Source: a virus
Taxonomy: Duplodnaviria > Caudoviricetes
Strand: one strand, 5' to 3'
DNA length: 64,000 nt
IMG/VR virus record: IMGVR_UViG_3300043077_000092
The notes beneath the pieces are model-generated. The model did no database searches and was not told the origin of the DNA. It saw only the letters and a program-made list of their open reading frames with translations. Of this stretch, positions 59,647 to 64,000 are shown piece by piece. The position numbers and the translations under genes were made by a program. Each line of letters opens with the position of its first letter. Positions within the stretch are counted from its first letter, which is position 1.

Positions 59647-60594
59647 TTATTTTAAGAGAATCTCTTCTCTGGCAACTATGTTACGGTTGCTATACTTTGA
59701 ACTATGAACTAATAAATCTACGAATTCAAGTATAACACTTGTATCCTTATGGCTGTTATTGAACTCGGTAATTCTAGCCCACAAATCGTCCGTAACAGTT
59801 TGTAACCCAATCTTTGTTGCAGCCATATCTTTATACTGCCATGGATAAAACTTAATCTTACGAAATGTCTTATCGGTAGCATCAGCCATAATGCTTATAG
59901 CCTCTTCTCTTGTAGTACCCATGTAATCAACCAGACTATACATATAATCGTCGATATCAAACATAGCACCGTTACCATAAGTGACAAGTCCAACTGCAAC
60001 TTTATGGATTCCATCTTCTGCTGGTTCAGGATTGACATATGCCTGAGGTGACCATTGGAAGATGGTATAGTCAAGTAATATCTTTTTCAAATTTGGAACT
60101 GGCTCAAGTTTACAGAGCTTTCTTATAAACAATTCCTTTGCCGAACCTTTCCCATTTTTGAGGTCGTATCTTGAAACAGCCCACTCCAGTGCCTCGTTTC
60201 GAACTTTCTTGATAGTATCTATTTCCTCTTTACGAACTTCATATTCTCTACTACAAAGTTCATCAATCCAATCTGTGTCGTAACCAATCTCGTTAATAAA
60301 TGCGATGACGGCGTTTCCTAATATCGCATCACTCTGGTTCTTAGATGTACCTAAGTACTTGGCTATGAGACTATATAAGAAACCGTAAATTACACCGTCA
60401 CCATTTGATATCTTTATTGCCACCTCAATATCATTTGGTAATGTTTCTTTCTTAGTTATTCGAATACCCTCAAGATGAGGAGCCCAGATACTATCTATGA
60501 CTCCTCTAATCTGATTGAGAACGGATTCTTCATTTCGAATAACTCTTTTTGTTACTTCTGCCTTTGGTGCTACCAATGGTTCTGAGTTATCCAT
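59647..60594 (-). CDS. Hypothetical protein
   Basis: 315 aa, SD AGGAGG. Confidence 0.75.
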   Translation of the reverse strand: MDNSEPLVAPKAEVTKRVIRNEESVLNQIRGVIDSIWAPHLEGIRITKKETLPNDIEVAIKISNGDGVIYGFLYSLIAKYLGTSKNQSDAILGNAVIAFINEIGYDTDWIDELCSREYEVRKEEIDTIKKVRNEALEWAVSRYDLKNGKGSAKELFIRKLCKLEPVPNLKKILLDYTIFQWSPQAYVNPEPAEDGIHKVAVGLVTYGNGAMFDIDDYMYSLVDYMGTTREEAISIMADATDKTFRKIKFYPWQYKDMAATKIGLQTVTDDLWARITEFNNSHKDTSVILEFVDLLVHSSKYSNRNIVAREEILLK

Positions 60595-60599
60595 TATCT

Positions 60600-61064
60600 T
60601 TATTCCTCCTTTTTATCTTCACCTTCATTTTTAGGGACTTCCAGTAACTTATCTATGAAGTACTGAATATCGTTCTCACAATCACGGTGAGTTTTATTAT
60701 AGTTATCTCTTATAAGAGAAATGTCGGCATTGACTTTGTATTCAGTTTCGGGACTGATGATAGTTAATTCATACTTGTGCAAATCAATGCCAACTTTTGT
60801 GCAATATTTTTCCATGGTCTGATATATCTTTTCCACAACGTACTCGTAATGGAAATCACAGTCAGCTTTTGCAAAAACGAAACATGCATAAAAATACTTC
60901 TCCAAAATGTCGACGAGTTCTCCTTCATAATCATCGAGCACATTGAAATTTCCAGTACCATCATCCTGAAATGTGATTTCTGGACACCAGTGCTGTTTGA
61001 TCCATTCGGCTGCCCTCTCAGCCAGTTCTCCAATGTTAGCGTATGCCTCGATTAGATTTTTCAT
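60600..61064 (-). CDS. Hypothetical protein
   Basis: 154 aa, SD GAGGAG. Confidence 0.7.
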   Translation of the reverse strand: MKNLIEAYANIGELAERAAEWIKQHWCPEITFQDDGTGNFNVLDDYEGELVDILEKYFYACFVFAKADCDFHYEYVVEKIYQTMEKYCTKVGIDLHKYELTIISPETEYKVNADISLIRDNYNKTHRDCENDIQYFIDKLLEVPKNEGEDKKEE

Positions 61065-61090
61065 AATTGCTTCTCCTCTTAATTAATTAT

Positions 61091-62857
61091 TTATGCTACG
61101 CTTTGTTTCAAGCGACGACATACTTCTGTTGCCACGTCTTCATACTGTGGCATTCCAAACCATTTCTCCCCAAGGAACACAACATTCTTTGCGATAAGAT
61201 CTTCCACAAATTCCTTTCCTGCATCTCTGTCGTATCGTTTAAGAATATCTCCATCATCAATAAACAGCTTACCAATCATAGTAGCTGCAAAGATATTGAA
61301 CGAGCAGATAGAGTTTGGATACATTGCAGAAAAGTCAAAGTCAATGGAATCACCAAATAAGTATTTACTTGGTTTACCAAATAGGATAATTCCATGGTTA
61401 CCATTTAATTCAGGATCACCATTAATAGCACCTTCAAATGTTTCCTGTGAAGCTGCTAAATCGTTCTCAAATGCGGTGTCATCATCTTCATTGTCATCAA
61501 CTCTACCGTTATCGAAGTTTACATTGTGACCTAAAATCAAGTTATCATTCACTAAGAATTCTCTATAGAAGAATGCTCTTAAGGATACGGTTTGTTTCAA
61601 ACCATCTTTATAGTTGCAGTAACTATGCAAACAAGAGTTGTATAAATTGTATGCGTCGTTACATTTGTCATTGATACCAAATTGAAGAAGAGTATCGTTG
61701 ACGTTGTATATATCATATAACATGAAATCGTTATATGAAAACATGATAAAGTTTCCACCAGTGGAGTCGAATTTAATCTTTCCTTCTCCGACTTCTTCTT
61801 TAGTGGCTATTGCGTTTAAGGATACACTTCTAAGAGTTGTCTGTGACCTTCTAAGACCAGCATATACAGCAGGTTGATCGAGGTAGTGGGTATAAGATGA
61901 ACACTCAAAGAAGTTTCTCTTTGTATCCCAATCAAAGTTGTTATTATCCTCATGATAATAGAGGGTTGTAGTTGGGAAATCTGAATGACAAAATACATTC
62001 GCTGGATTGATATTCAGTTTCTGACATCTTCCATGAACATAAGGAATATCGAAATCCATATTCCAAATGAAACAAACATCTCGTTTGAGTACATGTATTA
62101 ATCGAAATACCTGAAAGATTAATTCTTTCTCATCATCAAATGCATACTGAACATATTCAAAATCAGGGAATGCTTCATCAAATCGTTCATGTAATTTTTG
62201 CTGTAATTCTTCCTGTCTATCGTTAATAAACGGAATTATCTGAGGGTTGTCATGTACTTTCAGATAGAATGTATGGACTTTCTTTGTCACAGCATCACAT
62301 ACGGATATCATATCAATAGGGCATTCACCATGTCTTGGTATTGGTCCATCCCAATTCTTCTGATTAACCTCAATATCAAGGAAACAACAGTCAATCCATT
62401 TTCTCTCCTCGTTTCCAAGTTCTCTTTCCCAGATAACACGATAATATGTTTCAATGGGAATATCTCCGCCAAGTACATATGGATACTTGTATAACTGCTG
62501 TCTTTCTTTCTTCGTCTTATGGTTATTATAATACGCAACGTATTCTTTCCCTGCAATATTTGCAATTTCCTTTAATACATTCCGATATAAGACTTCATGA
62601 GGAATCAGTTTCTCTTTTTCCATATAATGTCTTGGTTTCTTAAAAGTTCTATTCTCTTCGGGAACTTCATATATTGTAATCGTCGGATCTTTAATCGTAT
62701 AGATTGCTTTCTTTTTCGTTACAAGATCTTTATATACAAAATTAACATAATCCGACCAATTCGTTTCTTTATTACCATTCTGATAAATGACATCGCAAAG
62801 CATAAGCTTGCGACCAATCAATTCTTTAAAAACAATCGGTTCTGTCTGCAATTTCAT
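61091..62857 (-). CDS. polB: Family B DNA polymerase, N-terminal part (3'-5' exonuclease + motif A)
   Basis: ExoI LDIEV, ExoII WNMDFDIPY, ExoIII YNVND, motif A DFDFSAMYPNSI; start likely 62857 after AGGAGG. Confidence 0.9.
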   Translation of the reverse strand: MKLQTEPIVFKELIGRKLMLCDVIYQNGNKETNWSDYVNFVYKDLVTKKKAIYTIKDPTITIYEVPEENRTFKKPRHYMEKEKLIPHEVLYRNVLKEIANIAGKEYVAYYNNHKTKKERQQLYKYPYVLGGDIPIETYYRVIWERELGNEERKWIDCCFLDIEVNQKNWDGPIPRHGECPIDMISVCDAVTKKVHTFYLKVHDNPQIIPFINDRQEELQQKLHERFDEAFPDFEYVQYAFDDEKELIFQVFRLIHVLKRDVCFIWNMDFDIPYVHGRCQKLNINPANVFCHSDFPTTTLYYHEDNNNFDWDTKRNFFECSSYTHYLDQPAVYAGLRRSQTTLRSVSLNAIATKEEVGEGKIKFDSTGGNFIMFSYNDFMLYDIYNVNDTLLQFGINDKCNDAYNLYNSCLHSYCNYKDGLKQTVSLRAFFYREFLVNDNLILGHNVNFDNGRVDDNEDDDTAFENDLAASQETFEGAINGDPELNGNHGIILFGKPSKYLFGDSIDFDFSAMYPNSICSFNIFAATMIGKLFIDDGDILKRYDRDAGKEFVEDLIAKNVVFLGEKWFGMPQYEDVATEVCRRLKQSVA

Positions 62858-63000
62858 TAACCTCCTTTGTCGTAGAATCATTAAAGACGTGTAATCTTCA
62901 TCATGCAAACTTAATATCGTTATAAAAACAAAGAAAGACACTTGAGTGAACTTAATCACCCAAGTGTCTTTATATATGAATCGGTTTTACCTAATCCAGC

Positions 63001-63921
63001 TTAGCTAATCTTGCTGTAGTCAAGATTCTTCTTAGCGTAAGTCTCGTAATAAGCATGACCGTCAACGGTCTTCCAGTTCTTGATATCCGGAGCAGAAATC
63101 CTCTTCTCAAGGAGTGACTTCGTGTATCCAGAATACATGTTCAGATAGTTCTTCAAGATGTTGAATCTTGCGAGTGCTACTGTACCGATGTAATTGATCT
63201 GGCTGCTCATATACTTAGCGGCTGTGAACTCAAGGCTCAACTGAACAAGGTCATGAGAACCTGCTTCCCATGTGAAGTGGCTGTGATCGCTTGACTTCGG
63301 GAACATGTTTGTCAGAAGGCATACATATTCAGGTGTCTCACCCGTTGGGTCAGTTGCCACATACAATGCTTCCATTGTATGGTTAGCCTGAGACAGATAG
63401 AGATCATCTCTCTTAATGGTATCGCCATAAACATCGGTGTCTCCACCAGATGTAACGATATCTCTTGCACCATGATAGTGCGATAATCCAGTAAATGGAT
63501 CGATTGTACCGGTAATCCAGAAATCCAGATAAGTACGAATCAGAGAACCCTGTGTCTCATAGATCTTGATTGTGATGGATGAAGTATCATCCTTAACGTT
63601 GATAGGTAATTCAACCGTGTTACCAACGTATCCAACCGTTGCACTGGTAAAGTCAACAGTGTATCCCTGAATACCATCGATACCAGTGTTTGCAAACTGG
63701 AGTAAATGACGGAACTTCTTTGTCTCGTCCGGCAGTAAGTACTGTACGAACTTCGGCATCTGTAAGATGAAGATACGACCATAACCAGTTCTAAGTAAGT
63801 CATACTGCTTTAAAGCAGCATTGGTTGTATCAGTACCACCCAACCAAAATGCATAGCTTTCTACGTCATCGGAATGGGTAGTGTTGATGTTATCCTGTAA
63901 GGTTGCAACTTTACTTGCCAT
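63001..63921 (-). CDS. Probable tail tube protein
   Basis: ITIKIYETQGS..W..IDPFTG and LTNMFP..LSLEF pattern of myophage tube proteins. Confidence 0.55.
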   Translation of the reverse strand: MASKVATLQDNINTTHSDDVESYAFWLGGTDTTNAALKQYDLLRTGYGRIFILQMPKFVQYLLPDETKKFRHLLQFANTGIDGIQGYTVDFTSATVGYVGNTVELPINVKDDTSSITIKIYETQGSLIRTYLDFWITGTIDPFTGLSHYHGARDIVTSGGDTDVYGDTIKRDDLYLSQANHTMEALYVATDPTGETPEYVCLLTNMFPKSSDHSHFTWEAGSHDLVQLSLEFTAAKYMSSQINYIGTVALARFNILKNYLNMYSGYTKSLLEKRISAPDIKNWKTVDGHAYYETYAKKNLDYSKIS

Positions 63922-63943
63922 CTCTGTTTCCTCCTTCCTTCAT

Positions 63944-64000
63944 TTATGATGTAGTTACTGTAAGTGACGAAGTTGTGGTTACGTCATCAGTAACTCTCGG
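63944..64000 (-). CDS. C-terminal end of upstream gene (partial; possibly tail sheath)
   Basis: ...PRVTDDVTTTSSLTVTTS* directly before the tube gene; identity inferred only from position. Confidence 0.35.
   Translation of the reverse strand, partial: PRVTDDVTTTSSLTVTTS

Noticed and set aside
37116-62959. Longest-ORF starts at 37145, 46248, 49347, 62959 (also 14862, 15593, 32386, 13899)
   Set aside because: Downstream ATGs have proper SD spacing, and several of the longer starts overlap promoter, SD or terminator elements.
1-64000. CRISPR array, tRNA or rRNA genes, IS elements, integrase
   Set aside because: No regularly spaced repeats, cloverleaf with T-loop consensus, or transposase/recombinase motifs were seen by eye; tRNAscan was not run.
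1-64000. Stop-codon reassignment as in some gut jumbo phages
   Set aside because: Core genes are full length in the standard code, and TAA, TAG and TGA all end genes at sensible places.
1-64000. Phage nucleus genes (chimallin, PhuZ tubulin)
   Set aside because: No tubulin signature or recognisable shell protein in this window; the GGTG in 44878..45486 is a tail-fibre-type motif in a 202-aa protein.

Overview
64 kb of a low-GC jumbo bacteriophage of the AR9/PBS1/phiKZ-like supergroup. Strong AGGAGG Shine-Dalgarno sites suggest a Firmicutes host (inference). Core genes: a >3,780-codon tape-measure/tail-lysin running off the left edge (absent from the ORF track; C39-like, NlpC/P60-like and lysozyme-like domains), an unsplit RNAP beta-like subunit, an RNAP beta'-C subunit, a gp226/gp68-type sigma-like subunit two genes from a GroEL chaperonin, a PolB split into two genes ~16 kb apart, primase, SF2 helicase, a probable portal and tail tube, two HAD enzymes and DUF488. 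Two candidate phage promoter motifs recur at operon starts: TATATTA (early-like) and NACA-N6-TA (late-like). Most unusual items: (1) an ABC exporter flanked by three paralogous ~300-nt units, each encoding a ~68-aa peptide in an mRNA made almost wholly of hairpins, with a co-varying stem that locks the RBS/start codon (copy 2 is broken by a ~47-nt deletion); (2) a ~0.9-kb ORF-free, pseudoknot-rich candidate large ncRNA at 25.0-25.9 kb next to an AT-rich origin-like tract; (3) a ~200-nt GC-rich rod-shaped RNA with its own promoter motif and terminator upstream of the RNAP beta gene. All calls come from reading motifs by eye; no searches were run.
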